64,000 nt of DNA, taken from the NCBI GenBank assembly GCA_034226945.1, contig CP120462.1, forward strand, positions 434,001-498,000, written 5' to 3'. Shown here piece by piece: positions 35,592 through 49,539 of the stretch; within the stretch, counting starts at the first letter, position 1; each line of letters starts with the position of its first letter. The notes below the pieces were generated by a model. It saw only the letters and a list, made by a program, of their open reading frames with translations. It was not told the DNA's origin and did not search any database. Origin of the DNA: Picochlorum sp. SENEW3 (taxonomy: Eukaryota). The position numbers were made by a program, and so were the translations under genes.

Positions 35592-38500
35592 TCATCGCTG
35601 GGCGCGTGCAACATCGGCCGTTTTCCCAATCATCGGTGTGACATTTCCTTTTGAACACAAGGGTGTAATTTCAATCTCCTCTGGTCTTTCCGCAGAAATT
35701 TGCGCAACGATATGCGTGACATCTGATTTTTCTGAACGAAGTTGCAATAATACATCTGAGATGGGGTCGTCCAAGAGAGAGGTGACGGCTCTCCGGATCT
35801 CTCTGGCACCATTCTCATCAGAGAATCCATCCTGTGCAATCTTGTCATAGACAGGATCGGTAATTGTGAGTTCCATACCAGACGCGTGCATCATGGTAAT
35901 TGTTTTTTCTACTTCTTTTCTGGTGATTTTGGAGATGACATCCTTATCCAGCTTCTTGAACACGACAATATCATCCAGCCTGTTCAAGAGTTCTGGCCTA
36001 AAGTATGTTTTTAACTCCTCCATGACCATGGATCGCAGTTGATTATGCTTTGCTTCTGGATCATCACCACCAATATTGAATCCGATACCACCCTCAGTAC
36101 CTTTGGCAATCACTGACGAGCCAATGTTACTCGTCAGGATGATCAATGAGTTGCTGAAACTCACAGTGCGTCCAGAAGAATCTGTCAACCTGCCCTCCTC
36201 AATCATCTGTAGGAGAAGATTGAAGACATCTGGGTGGGCTTTTTCAATTTCATCGAGTAAGACGACACTATGAGGGTTTCTTCTGATAGCTTCGGTGAGT
36301 TTTCCTCCTTCGTTGTATCCAACAAAGCCAGGTGGGGCGCCAATCAATTTGGAGACTGTGTGTCGCTCCATATACTCTGACATGTCCAATCGAATCAAAC
36401 TCGCATCAGTCTCCATCCCTCCAGCAAAATACTGAGATGCTAACGCTTTTGCCAATTCTGTTTTACCGACACCTGTGGGACCCGAAAATAACAGAGTGGC
36501 AATGGGTCTTTTGGCATGTCCAATACCAGCAGCTGCCCTGCATACAGCACGAGACGCCACCTGTATAGCATCATCTTGTCCAATAACTCTTTCTTTGAGG
36601 CGGTCTTCAAGCTCAAATAAGGACTTGGATTTTTCTTCTGTGATTCCTTCTACTGGAATTCCGGTCCACGACGAAATAACAGATGCAATGTCCTCCTGAG
36701 TGACAACTGGCAGAAGAGCCCCATCGTGATGCCTGCCACCTAGCCTTGTCCTCAAATCCATCTCCCTTGCACGGAGCAGGGAGGCTTCTTCATAAAGCAT
36801 ATCTTTGCAAGCTTCATCTTTTGCATCAATCACCTGATCAAGTTCCTCGTATATCGGAGTGTAATAGTTTGCATCAGTCTCATCCTGACTCCTGTTCTTG
36901 TATGCCATGATTCTGACTCGTGATCCTGCCTCATCAAGAACATCGATCGCCTTATCTGGCATTCGTCGATCCGCAATATACCGAGAAGATAAATACACAG
37001 CGTCATGAATGGCTTCTTCGGAGAAAATACAACGATGATGCCTTTCGAACAAATGAGTAACTCCCTTGAGAATGTTCAGGGTGTCCTCATCGCTTGGCTC
37101 CTCCACAATAATGGGCTGAAATCTCCTCTCCAAGGCAGCATCCGATTCAATATACTTTCGGTGCTCATCCAATGTCGTTGCCCCGATGCACACAATTTCA
37201 CCACGTGAGAGCGCTGGTTTAAACAAATTTCCAATGTCGGAGCTTCCAGCGACACCACTGCCTCTGGAACTGGATCCGCCCCCAACCATGGTATGAATCT
37301 CGTCAACAACGAGAATGATGTCCCCACTCTCCTTGCATGCCTTGATAATGTTTGTTACTCGAAGTTCAAGCTCTCCTCGTTCTTTCGATCCCGCAATCAG
37401 CAATGGAACATCAATCTCCAAGAGCCGCTTGTTCCGTAAAAAGCAAGGCAATGGGCTTCCATCTGGAAGGGCTCCATCAACAATAGCACATGCGAGACCC
37501 TCTGCAATGGCCGTCTTCCCTACGCCAGGATCTCCTAGCAATATAGGATTGTTTTTCGTCCTTCGAGCAAGGATCTGCGCCACCCTATTCACCTCCTTCA
37601 ATCTTCCAATCACAGGGTCAATCTTCTTCTCCTGTGCATTTTGGCACAAATCCCTGCAAAACTCCTTCAACGTATCCTCTCCACTCGTATCCTTGGTTTC
37701 ATTTCCTGCTCCTACACCAGCTATCTGTCTAGCCCGGCCAAACTCACCCTGAATATCGTGGTAAATCCGCTTCAACGCTTCTGTACGCAATGTCTCATTC
37801 GATGCCTTGAACATGTTGAATATCATTCTCACATACGGATTCGGAGAATCGATAAGAGCCAAGAGAATATGCTCTGGAGTCACAAAAGACATTCCTGCCT
37901 GTCTCGATTGAACCTGGGCAGCCTGAAACACCTCCCTGGTTCCAGATGAAAAAGGCAAATCTTGGGGAAGCACCTTGCCACCATCAGAAGAAACAACCCG
38001 TCGGTCTCCAAGCTTATTCTTCAACAACGCCAGCGCTAATTCACTCTGCACCACCAATATACGCACACAAAGACGTCAGATTGGCATTGAATGCCTCAAT
38101 ACAGACAAAACGAGACACATACATCTACTCCCAAACCGAGATATCCGTCTTGCTCCTCCTGCTCTTGCTCTGCCATTAAACCCAAAAGAATATGCTCTGG
38201 AGACGTCTGCAGATACATATAGACCAATCAAATCCAATTCAAATCGAATTATGATCTATACCGCGCACATGATTGACCAGATTCAACACGTACCTCTTGC
38301 GACCCCAGGTCTCGGCAAAACCCTTGGGCAAATATGATGGCCTTGATTGATCGCTCTGTAAATTCTTCAAATAAGGCGTTTACGCGCACTCCAGACCTCC
38401 TAGGACGTCGCTGTTGTGCGACTGATTTTGTACATCTCTTCGAGTGAAAAGAGAAGAGCAACGGAGCCCCTTGTAAAGTATGTCGCCTCTGTTCAAGGAT

Positions 38501-38635
38501 ACTCTGGTGTCCATTATGTGACTTAATGGGTAATACTCTTCCATGCACTGGTATACGTCGCATCTGTGATGTGCATGACAACGTTTGTCCTTGTTGCTCT
38601 CGGAAGAGCGATAAAGACTTTCGCATCGTGGTCAT
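35592..38635 (-). CDS. clpD: Chloroplast Clp AAA+ chaperone, ClpD/ERD1-like (several exons)
   Basis: ALFEEFTERSIKAIIFAQ Clp-N domain; two Walker A motifs (GDPGVGKT, GPTGVGKT); RLDMSEYMERHTVSKLIG. Confidence 0.85.
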
Positions 38636-38722
38636 AGCCCTTTAATAATAGTTCATAGATAATATTTTGATGCATGCAAGTGGGCAAGAGCATAGGCATA
38701 TGGGGCAGATTGACAATCTGGT

Positions 38723-41700
38723 CTACTCTGCAGGAATGACAGATTCAAGAGCTCTCGCTGTTCGAACCTCGAAATACACTTTGCGCCGTTCAAAATATAT
38801 TCCACAGTCCAGTGAGGTACATGAAATGTCTCCATGGGCTCCACCAGAAGATCCACCGCATGCTGTGCAGATTCGAGAAAGATGGACATACTGTCTTTCT
38901 GTTCTGTTCAGGCGTGATGGCAAGACTGTGGCGACAAGCTGAGGATCTCCCTCACACGTGGTACACAATGGTTTGTTGATCATCGTCAGCCCATCGCAGC
39001 AAACACAATGCCTTGAAAGATAGAATCGATCTATGGTGTGACCTCGGGGCACCGGTGTATCCTTGGTGCTGAGCACTGGGAGGGTTGACAGAGGTCTCTT
39101 GTGAGGCAAATGGCGAAATACTTTGGGCATCTGAGCGTACCATGCTCGTACATCTGCGCCAATGAGAGATAAAAATCGCTCAAGAGCAGGTATGATTTGC
39201 TTTGTAATGTAATAGACTGCGTGTAATCTCAACTGCCCTCCACTCTCAACAAGGTTTTCTGGAGGCACCACCATGTCAATCAGTCTGGCGCCCGGTTCTC
39301 CGTGCACAACGACGTAAGGAATGCGTTCTCCAAATCTCGGTTCTGCTCTTGGGTCGGCTGCCATTGCTTTGGTCGCGATCAACGCGGCAGGAGGGATGGA
39401 GGATGCTGATCCTCGATATGTTCCTAGGCGGACTTCTTTGGCAAAAATAAAGTCAAGGATTGATACTCGGCCCGAGATGATCCGTTTGAACTGTCTCTCC
39501 ACATATCGTCTCACAGAAGAAATGTCTGCGGATGTGAATAGAATTCGAAGTGCCCGTTCCATGATTTTCACCACTGCTGGGCAACTGTCTCTCCTGACTG
39601 TTTCTATTCCTTTGGCATCAAAGTCAAAGGTTTTCTGGTCTCGAGACTCGTACATAGCGCCTACATACCTTTTCTTTGACAGAAGAAAGCAAGGATGATA
39701 GACTTTTTCCAGTTTTAGAAGAACTGGGTCAGGGTTCATGGATGTGATGGTTCTTGCAATCTCCTGACCAATGTCGTGTGCCTGGGGAACGCTTCGTCCT
39801 GGGAGGCGAACAAATATGCTATCTGTGTCACCATATATAACATCAGCATTCCATGTTGGATGGTTCTTTATGAACCTGATTGTTGCCTCTAAAGTCTCCC
39901 TGCCACTCTGAACGATCGCATCAGCAAGCTCTGCCATGGGCATGCGGCCAGAGAAGCCAGCAGCAGTGTATCCATATGTCACATTGGCGATCAATTTGAG
40001 GGCAAATTGTTTTGCATTCAGGGATCTCAATAATGCTTTTGATCCTCCTTTTGCATTTTTCATCGCCCGTTTTATCATGATGCGGGTCTCTAGAATCTCC
40101 CGTAGCAATCTAGGAAGTACTCCTTTTCTGTGAGATGGAGGGACAAAAGCAACTCCATTGGGAGCAATGATCAGATCATCTACGTTGAGTCCTAGATCCA
40201 TTAGAGATGATTCCAGTTTGAATTTTTCATGGCACCCTAATCGCTGCTGCTCTGTATCCTCTGAGAAGATATGACTTGGCCTCCCAAGGCATGTTGAAAA
40301 ACACAGGTTGTATGCAATTATCATGGAGGGATAGAGTGACTGAAAATCTAATACGCAGACAGGGTCCTCGTACATGCCACTCTCAGGCTCCATGACAAGA
40401 GGTAGTGCTTCCATGGCGGGTTGTCGAGCGACCTGTTCATTGTTGGGTGAAAGGACGATGAAGTTTTGAGAATGCGCAAGTCTGACCATCATGCTTTCCA
40501 CTCTATACTGACTACCCCTTGATATCACTGAAAAAAAATCAATACCAAATGTTCTAGCAAGTTCAGAAGTTCTTCCGATAAAATCTAATTGTTCAATCAT
40601 TTGTAGTGAGAGCCTTCCACAAAGGACAAGGTGTGACAAGCACCTCCATCTTGTAGTATGATTCTCAAACCAATCATGCATGATGCTCTTTTTCACCCTT
40701 GGCACCCTAATTCTCAATATGGATGCGACACAATTCTGAAATGAATAGGAAGATAATTTAACTTCCGTTCGAATGATTCTCCACAAGTTTAAAACAATAC
40801 GACCAGGCACGTGCAAGCCAGAGTCATGCTGCCATCCATACTGATCCTCCTCCTTCATTTCCTTCAAATCATCTTTGACACCATAGATCCTCGAAATATC
40901 ACCAAGTAAAGAAGAATTTTCGAATGCTACACATGCTCTATCTGCCAAATATCCCAGAGACTCCTTTTGGATCTCGAAACCCATCAGAATATCTGGATCC
41001 ACATAATGTATGAAAGCAACAAATGCATCAAACAATTCTTTTTCAGAAGACACGTGGTCGAATTCAACCCCTGACATTCCATCAACGTTGTTCAATACAG
41101 TACTTTTTTCCATGTCGCTTCCCGCACAACTTAAAATTCTGGTGTAATACTGGCCAGAATGCACAATGTCTTCATCATGCATTACTGAGATGATTACTGC
41201 TTTTACTGCGTCATGCATTGGATCAGGAAGCAGCCCTGGACGTGTTTCTGCATGTACTTCAATGCAGGCAATGGTCAAACCCTCACCTTTGCCATCTGAA
41301 GTGTCATACTGGAACCCCATTTGTGACTCTGCAGTGCGACCTTGGTAGAATCCAGATGGTGGAGATATTTGGCTGATTGACTGCTTACGCTTCTGCCTCT
41401 TTGCGCACATTGGCGATGTTGTCTTCTTTGCACCTCTCATTACAGTGGGCGATTCTTGGACTCTTGGATTGTTATAGAAGGCGTCAACTTCGTCATACTT
41501 GGGGGAAGCTGGCCGTATCAAATCATCAGTCTCGTTGGGCAAGTGTCCATCAGATTGAGGCTGGTACAATTCTTCTGGTGTCGTGTCAAAATTATTCATA
41601 TTCTGCTTATAGCTTGATATCATTGGAGTTCCCATCAGAGAGCTCTGGGAGGTATGGGACGCTGCTGTTGTGGGGAGAAGCCTCCCTGTGTTGGGGTCCA

Positions 41701-44028
41701 TTCTTGGAGCAGAGGAGCCAGACGGCAAGGAAACACCTTCTCTATGTTGCGCAAGCTCTTTCGCCCATATTTCTACTGTCAAATACGTTGGTGGGTCCCA
41801 AGATAACGCAAAATTCATATTATGCTGTGGAACGGCACCCAAAGACTGTAGTTTGCCTTCCATGGCTACTGTTGGGCCAAATGTTGGCAAGGCATCGACA
41901 GCAGTGCTTTTGGCATGAAACGCTTTGCCCGCAAAAACTTCAACTTTTTTCACAATATCACTTGAATTGCTATAATGCGGCCCTTGGTGTACAATAGGTA
42001 GCAACCCAAAGCGATCCCAACTGTCTTCAATGTCAGAAATGGATGGAGGTGGCCTACAGAGGGTGAGCACCTTGTCAGCAGTAGCATTATCCGATTCAAC
42101 CCGCGTTTCGCCAAATCTATCCTCATCATTCAATTCAATCTCGTCTTCAAAATTCATCTGAGAAGCAGGCTCCCTCCAGAAGTTCAACTTTTCCTGAGAA
42201 GCTGAGGCAACCTGTGGCTGCGGTGTATGACCTGCCTCAACAGGTTCATCATCGACGATATCAAAGTACTCGCTCCTCCCGAAAAACATCTCACGAATCT
42301 GAGATATTCTGAGTATTGAATTTTTCACCTCGTCCCGCGATGCGTATGCCTCTACACGTTCAGAACTCACCCCAGGCCTGTCGGGTTCTCGACCTCCTGA
42401 GGTACCCTCTTCATCCGAACAATCATTACCGCCATCTACCTGAGGGATCTTATAGCCATTATGCTCATTCATCTGCCTTTCATACATTTGAGAAGCTTCT
42501 ATGATGTCGCGACATTCGGTCTCGGCGCTTAAAATGTCCTGAACCAAAGCTTGTCGAATATGCTGCCCCATCTGCTTCTGGCTTGGCGCATCATCTTGAC
42601 TCCACATCCTGTTCAATCCGTCAACACTTCCTTTCATATCCTCATCAAGTGTGAGACTGTGAGATTCAGGGATGTATTGAACCAGCATAGCGAGCGCATC
42701 CTCTTCATCACCACCTGGCACACCCCTCATGGCCCCATACTCCCGCTGCCTCTCACCCCACCCAGTCGCCTCATCAACATTGTCCATTTCTCTCTGGGTA
42801 TGTTCAATAATACCTACGTCAACCAATGACGAAATATCATCTTTCTGGGGCGACTGATTCGCATCTTGAACAGATCCCCTCTGCATCCTCATCCCCTCCT
42901 CCTCCTGTCTCCGATCATCAGCTTCCTTAAATTTCCCTCTCCACACCTCGATAACATCAGTATCAAATTCTCTAACGTCTCTCTCTACAGTAACAGGAGT
43001 TGCATCAATGCTACAGGTTCCCTGTCTCCTCCGTTCATCCGCCCATATTGGTGCCAACGAATCAACCAACCGAACATCTTCTGGAGCATCATTGATATTC
43101 ACCATTGTCTTCCCCTGAATATTCAATATATCAACCACCAAAGCATCAGCCTCCATGTCACATCGAGTCTGTTCTTTCCTCGAAGAATTCAATCGCCATA
43201 ATTTTTGCCCATACGCTGCATCTGAAATTTTCCGAAACGCAGCTCGTCGGAACCACACCCACCCCATCCCATGCAAGTTATAATCAATCTTCAGCTGCAA
43301 CATGAATGGAATATGAGATTCGTGCGGCTGAAATTTCTTCCCCAAAATGGCACCAGAACTCAACAGCGTTGACGCCCGCTTCACATCCGAAGGATCAATC
43401 ATGATGACCTTCATCCACAAACAATCCTCATGGTGGTATCCATAAAAAGGCTTCCCTCGAACCAAGACAATATCAAAGACCCTACTCTTCACCACTTTCG
43501 CCGTATCATCCACAGCATCACCCGTCCTGACGGCATGTTGTACGTGCAACGCGGTATTTAATGCCCTGGCAAATCTATGCATGTGCGATTTCACTGCACA
43601 CACATCCCTCTGGTACATTTTATTTGGTGAACACAACCACATACGAATACCAATCACATGGTAAACCCACCTCCTTGGCCATCACATACGTCCTCCTCCT
43701 TTACAGCCACATAAAAGTACGGAAATGCCCCATGCACATGCACACACATTGAACAACCCTGCGGTGTCACTCCAAACATTCGAACAACAGGAACCTTGAC
43801 ATCATCCATCACACGCCCTTCCAACGAGGACCACATCAACCGATAATCATCCAGCGATGTTCCAGCGTCTCTTTGTTGGTGGTGATACATTCCTCCAGCG
43901 GCAGTCACATGATGGTATTCCCTGTAATAGTCAAGCTGAACCAACTTGAGCACAACAAATTCTTCCTCCTGCTCTGATTCCTGCTGTTCTTCAACATGCA
44001 TAGAATTTGGATTCTCAATATCTACCAT
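38723..44028 (-). CDS. REV3: DNA polymerase zeta catalytic subunit (short intron near 43690-43610)
   Basis: CVHVHGAFPYFY N-terminus, SRGSQYRVES, LDFQSLYPS, KLIANVTYGY, YGDTDS, and C-terminal CysA/CysB clusters. Confidence 0.95.
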
Positions 44029-44910
44029 ATTGGATACAATAGAGAGTGAGATCTATTGTCCGCACAATTGGGGCAATCGTGAGAAACAGGTCAACACAAG
44101 ACTAGTGAGTTGCTGAGACTCTTGCAGAGTTCTCGACCATATGGTCAGGAGAGCAACAGTATCCCCATACTACCACTACATATATACGCTCTGATAGAGT
44201 ATTTGGAAAATTAATCTACGAATAAAACGGAATACGTCTTGGTTGAGTACAAAGAGAGCATAAGAAAATCAAAACCTGATGGTACATTTTATTATTAAGA
44301 AACTCTGTAAATCAACACATAAAAAAAGAGCGCCCCCGACGAGACGAGTCTTCGTGTCAGAGGACGACACATGCCACATGTGACATTCATGCAGGTATAC
44401 CATTAATCACAATTAATAATTCAGAATAATAATAGGTACGCAATTGGTATGGGTTAGAATGCGAATAGTTTGATAAACGCCTGGATGCGGATGAGCACGG
44501 AGGATGGTTCCATTTCTGTCCGACCGGGTGTGGTTTGTTTTGGTTTTCGGATGCATTTATATGCGAATTATTGCTTCTATTTTTATTATGGAATTGTTAG
44601 AGTGTTTGGTTGTCCTGTCTGAATGCTGTTGGTGTTCATGGTTGGAGAATGTCAGCCATTTCCCAACCGTGGTTGGGAATTATGGTTAGCATTGGGAATT
44701 CGGTGGCTGTGTTGGATTACCTTTGTGTAATCATGTTGTTTATCATGATTTTGCAGTCATTGGGGCTAGAGAGTTCTAGTGAGTACAGGAAGACATTCTG
44801 TTTCTGACTTTTTTTTTCCTTCTTCCTCTTCTTTTTCATGCTTGGAGATATGACAGCGAGGACATGATGCGTGGACACTCGATTGACGTGTAAAAGGACT
44901 GGGTAAAAGT

Positions 44911-47900
44911 ATGGGCCGCGCTGGAGATGAGTATGAAGCCAAGGTTGTGGCGTTCCTGAGTCGTGCGGATGTTGTTGACCGTGCATACAGGTGTCAGGTG
45001 GTATGGGCAAAGATTGGAAGTTATCCCCACTGGCCTGCTCAGATTGTGCGTGACGATGCATTGGACTCGGATCATGTTCTGAATAGGTGTGCGCGGGCAA
45101 AGGATGCGACGGTTCCCGTCATGTTTTTTGGGGAGCTTACATATTCATGGATAAAGCCAAAGGGGATTTTGACCTGGTCAGAGGGGGTTGAAAAAGGTTT
45201 CATGCGGCGTAAAAGTGCGACTATACGGCAAGGAATAGAGCAGGTGAAGATGTTTTTGGAGGTGGGACAGGGAAAGAAGGGAAGGGTGGCAGGGTTTATG
45301 GAGCACTGGTGGTGTCATAGTCCTGTGCCTGTCCTGTGCCCTTGGCCATGTGTGGAGCAACCTGTACAGCAACAGGAAGCCAACGATGTGTGTTGTATCC
45401 CAATTGTGGATGGTAAGATAAAGATGACTGATAGATTCAAACAGAAGATGATGTCACAGCTTGGTGATGACGTGTTTCGAGGCAAAAATGCATTTCCAGA
45501 GTATACGCACCTGAGGCAAAACTTTTGGAATGTTCCAAGACCCAAGAGGTTATCGAAAGAGGACTCTTCGGTTTGTTGCTGCTCTCCTGGTATTGAAAAT
45601 TGCTCGGGGAATGTTGCAGTCGGATCTGTGTTGTCTGGATGTGGGCATGAGTGTTTGAACAGACTATCATATATCCACTGCGATCAAAAGACTTGTCCGT
45701 GTGGAATTTTGTGCGCGAACAAGCCCTTCCATCAGCTTGAAATGCCAAAGATGGAAGTTTTTCTAACATCATCGAAAGGGTGGGGTGTGAAAGCTGCCGA
45801 GACAATACCTTGTGGTACCTTTATTGTGGAGTATACAGGGGAAGTTATTGATACCACGGAAATGACTCGGCGTATGGAGGAATCACGGGTGGAAAATTTC
45901 CCTCACTTTTACATGATGGAAATGGCTCCTGGAATGGTCATAGATGCTCGAAAGAAAGGAAATATTGCTCGGTTGCTTAATTCTTCTTGTGATCCAAATT
46001 GCATCACGCAAAAATGGCGAGATGCATCCACAGGGGAGATACGGGTGGGCATATTTGCGAAAAGAGATGTTCAAAAGGGCGAGGAGCTAGTATACGATTA
46101 TAACTTTGAGCATATTTTAGAAGGGGGCTCAAAGAAGTACACATGTCAATGTGGAGCTGCAAATTGTCGGGGTTCTATAGATACCAACCAACGTCAAAGC
46201 TCAACCGATGTGGGGCGTCGGGTTGAGATATGGTGGGATGGTGACGCATGCTACTATGCTGGAAAGGTGTCAAAGTATGAATCTGCTTCAGGGCTCAGTA
46301 CAATTGCATACGATGATGGGTTTGTTGAGAGCATACATTTGAGAGACCACGAGTATCGCTGGGTGGAGGAGAGGGCAACAAAGAGGAGAAAGAGAACTTT
46401 GCAGCAACCAGATGATTGTGTCGATTGTGCAAAGCCACAACAAGTAACAGAATCGTTTGATCGTTTCCTGAGATCTGGAAATAGGGAGGCGATCGAGCAT
46501 CTGCATCTCTTGATTGACCTGGGCACTACCAGTGCATTGTCAGACTCACTTTTGGAATCTCCTCAGGTGTCGTTGGCAATAGAGATGTATGATGCGTTAT
46601 CAGCGTGGTGGCAAAATATATCTGCGAGCCTTCGCGACTCGGAAATACTCGCCACCAAGAGGCAACTGTCAGAAGCATTGGATAGCCTCACGGTCATGCC
46701 CCCTGCCCAGATTACCGAACCTGTAGAGAATCCAGGGGCTGAACAAACTGCGGGGAGCCTCCATGGCAATGGTATTGGAGAGCAAGAGGCTGTTTCTGTC
46801 AGCTCAAGAGGTCGTAAACGTCAGAAGAAAATTTTCGGTACCGACTTTGAGCAGGACATGGAGGCCATGCAGCAGCCCAAATCTCGAGGGGATGCATCTT
46901 CGCCAGCACAAGAGAGACCTCGTGCTGGACCCAAGCAAAGTCCAATGAGTCCTGGAATGGAAGCAGCAACAATAATTGCACAAATGTCTAGAACAAAACC
47001 GGATGAAAAGAGGTCTTCGAAGTCCAAATCGGCATCAAAGGGATCTGGACCAACTCCTCCATCATCTGGGCTGCCAGCCAGAACCATTCTTGTTGCAAAA
47101 AGATTGACAAACAGTGATGTTACGAAGGGGCGAATCCTCTTGCCTCGTGCGGCAGTGGAGGCTAATCTTTCATTTGCTGTAGGCAGAGCGCATTCTCTCG
47201 TTGCCAAAGACCACGAAGGCAACTCTTGGGAATTTACATTACAGTCGTGGGCCAATGGCATAGAGACACGCAGGGTTTTCGTATTAGAGCACGCAGGTGA
47301 TTATATTCGATACCACCAATTGAAAATAGAGGATGTGATTGGAATCTCAACGACAGAGGAAGGAGAGTTTATGATTGAATTCAATACTATAGAAGTATGC
47401 TCTGCAGCAGAGTCCCAGCAGGCTGCAAGAGCAGGTGGCCAAACACCAGCTGTCAACACAGCACTTCCAGCAATATTGCCTGGATCGATCAACCCGTTAA
47501 TCCAGCAGAACTCGGGAAGATGCACAAGAAGTATTCACTGCAACAAACCAGCCGGACATCCAGGATTTTGTATGAGGACTCCTGCCTCAGCTCGTGGAAA
47601 GAAACAAACCTTGCCCCGAGGAAGGGGAAGAGGTCGAGGCAGGGGTAAAAAGTTACCGCTGTCGCGCAATCCGTATCATCATGCCCCGGAAGAGTCAGAC
47701 GATGATGATGAGCGGAAGTCTGGCGACAGTGCACCCGACTCTGAGCAGCCAGGATCTGCAAGGATGGGTAGACATGATTCTGGAGAGGATGACATTTTCC
47801 GCAGAGGTGGCGTGCTCACGCCACGGTTTCCCAATTCAGCATACGAATATTTTGCTCAAGCAAAACCCGAGAATGAGTATGATGAGGGCTATATGGAAGG

Positions 47901-48525
47901 ATTGCACGACAAACCTCATCAAAAGGAGCAGAGCTCATCGCGGGGGCCACAACTTCCAAAATATCCGCTGCCACCACCGCCAGAGCTAGGGCCTGGCATT
48001 CCACCAATTTTTGTGATGGCACAGGATTCTACACCTCAATACCCGCCTCAGCTCCGGTCTCCACTGCGGCCATCCATCCAAGGTAGACAGAGACAGGGGG
48101 ACCAAGGTGGTCAGGGCAATCCTCCCATCCCATGCTCTCCATCAGCTGCCATTGCCAATGTGCCAAACATGGGCTTGAAAGATGACCTGGACGGATCATC
48201 CCCGCATGCATTTCATTCCAATCCAGCAGGAGATATGATGAAATTAGGAGCTGCAGCAAATAATCCAAATTCATCAGACTACTTGTCAATCCTTGAAGGT
48301 GCCTCGCCAACTGCCGCAAAGTTTGAACTAATGGTCGGAGCCGCAGCAAAGGGCCAAGCATCTTCCTCTGCGATGCCAGCTGCACCACTCCCACTATTTG
48401 GTGCTCCACCGCCCCCTCTTGGTACAGAGAAAGTACGGGGGACATCAAGCGCACAAGAAACTGGATCGTCTGGAAGAGGAGAGAAGCATTTGAAAGATAC
48501 TAAATCAGATGCTGATGATACATAA
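44911..48525 (+). CDS. PWWP-AWS-SET-postSET-Tudor-B3 protein (NSD/ASHH-type histone methyltransferase with a B3 domain)
   Basis: VWAKIGSYPHWPA (PWWP); Cys-rich AWS; KGWG..NIARLLNSSCDPNC..GEELVYDY; CQCGAANCRG; GRRVEIWW..YY.G..YDDG (Tudor); KRLTNSDV..GRILLPR (B3). Confidence 0.88.
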   Translation: MGRAGDEYEAKVVAFLSRADVVDRAYRCQVVWAKIGSYPHWPAQIVRDDALDSDHVLNRCARAKDATVPVMFFGELTYSWIKPKGILTWSEGVEKGFMRRKSATIRQGIEQVKMFLEVGQGKKGRVAGFMEHWWCHSPVPVLCPWPCVEQPVQQQEANDVCCIPIVDGKIKMTDRFKQKMMSQLGDDVFRGKNAFPEYTHLRQNFWNVPRPKRLSKEDSSVCCCSPGIENCSGNVAVGSVLSGCGHECLNRLSYIHCDQKTCPCGILCANKPFHQLEMPKMEVFLTSSKGWGVKAAETIPCGTFIVEYTGEVIDTTEMTRRMEESRVENFPHFYMMEMAPGMVIDARKKGNIARLLNSSCDPNCITQKWRDASTGEIRVGIFAKRDVQKGEELVYDYNFEHILEGGSKKYTCQCGAANCRGSIDTNQRQSSTDVGRRVEIWWDGDACYYAGKVSKYESASGLSTIAYDDGFVESIHLRDHEYRWVEERATKRRKRTLQQPDDCVDCAKPQQVTESFDRFLRSGNREAIEHLHLLIDLGTTSALSDSLLESPQVSLAIEMYDALSAWWQNISASLRDSEILATKRQLSEALDSLTVMPPAQITEPVENPGAEQTAGSLHGNGIGEQEAVSVSSRGRKRQKKIFGTDFEQDMEAMQQPKSRGDASSPAQERPRAGPKQSPMSPGMEAATIIAQMSRTKPDEKRSSKSKSASKGSGPTPPSSGLPARTILVAKRLTNSDVTKGRILLPRAAVEANLSFAVGRAHSLVAKDHEGNSWEFTLQSWANGIETRRVFVLEHAGDYIRYHQLKIEDVIGISTTEEGEFMIEFNTIEVCSAAESQQAARAGGQTPAVNTALPAILPGSINPLIQQNSGRCTRSIHCNKPAGHPGFCMRTPASARGKKQTLPRGRGRGRGRGKKLPLSRNPYHHAPEESDDDDERKSGDSAPDSEQPGSARMGRHDSGEDDIFRRGGVLTPRFPNSAYEYFAQAKPENEYDEGYMEGLHDKPHQKEQSSSRGPQLPKYPLPPPPELGPGIPPIFVMAQDSTPQYPPQLRSPLRPSIQGRQRQGDQGGQGNPPIPCSPSAAIANVPNMGLKDDLDGSSPHAFHSNPAGDMMKLGAAANNPNSSDYLSILEGASPTAAKFELMVGAAAKGQASSSAMPAAPLPLFGAPPPPLGTEKVRGTSSAQETGSSGRGEKHLKDTKSDADDT

Positions 48526-48562
48526 CAATTCCATGTAAGAGCTTTACAATATAAACATACAA

Positions 48563-49266
48563 TTACCCTTGCTCCTCCATGACCCGCCTCAGAAGATCAT
48601 TCAACTCGGCATCATCAACCTCCCTCTCTTTGCCACGCACACGTGCCATTGGCACCGACGCCGCCTGCGCCATCGTCTCCCCTGTAATCTCTAACAACAC
48701 TCTATCTACTGCCTCATCCGCAAGCTCCTCCGTATCATCCACATCAACAGCCCCACTAACCCCCTCATTCAATGTCTCTGACAAAAACCCAGCATACGCC
48801 ATCTCCCTTGACATATCCTTCATCGTCTTCTCCAACTGAGGAAGTTTCACGAGCTTATTCATAGACGCCATCATCTTGGTAGACGCCTTGACCGTCTTTG
48901 CAAGTCTATAATTCTGCAAGGCCTCTCCCATTTGAATATTCAAGGCATCCAGGGTAGCTTTATTCTCTGCCAACCGAGCCACAGCCTTTCTCGACCGAAC
49001 CAACTCTTTTGCCAAGATCTACACACCAGTATGTCATGTACATAGATATAACAAACCCCAAACCGCATCAAGATACCCACCTTGGCAGAAGCCATGTCGT
49101 TACGTCCCACAGCTTCTTTAATCGAACGCTCTACCTTTTTCTGCTCCACCGTCAGGCTTCGAATATCCCTATCAATCTCTAATTTCTGACGTCGAATCTC
49201 TCCCCTCCATTTCCTTACAATTTCCTTCGGGTCTTTTTGAAGAAATGGAAACCAACTCTTCAACAT
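48563..49266 (-). CDS. VPS24: ESCRT-III subunit VPS24/CHMP3 (exons 49266-49081 and 49018-48563)
   Basis: DPKEIVRKWR..IKEAVGRND..AK|ILAKELVRSRKAV..MSREM..AG, Snf7-family pattern. Confidence 0.88.
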
Positions 49267-49539
49267 GGCCCTGAATTGCTCTTGTTTTCTTATTGTATCG
49301 GTGGACTATCTATCTATCCTCCATATATGGCACGACCAAAGTACTTACTTTCAGAGGAGAATATCAAATTAAAAACACACTCTCTGCGTGCTCTGTGAGC
49401 ATGTCCTAAAGAGTCCGTGTTCTCGTCCTTGAATAAAACAATAAAACAACAACAATGCAATGTGGACACTTACATACATTACACATGTCATGACGGTACA
49501 AGAAACAAAAGGATACTCATTGATATCTACATGAATCAA

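Noticed and set aside
43610..43700. Apparent frameshift between the two REV3 ORFs
   Set aside because: Explained by a short GTATGT...CAG intron.
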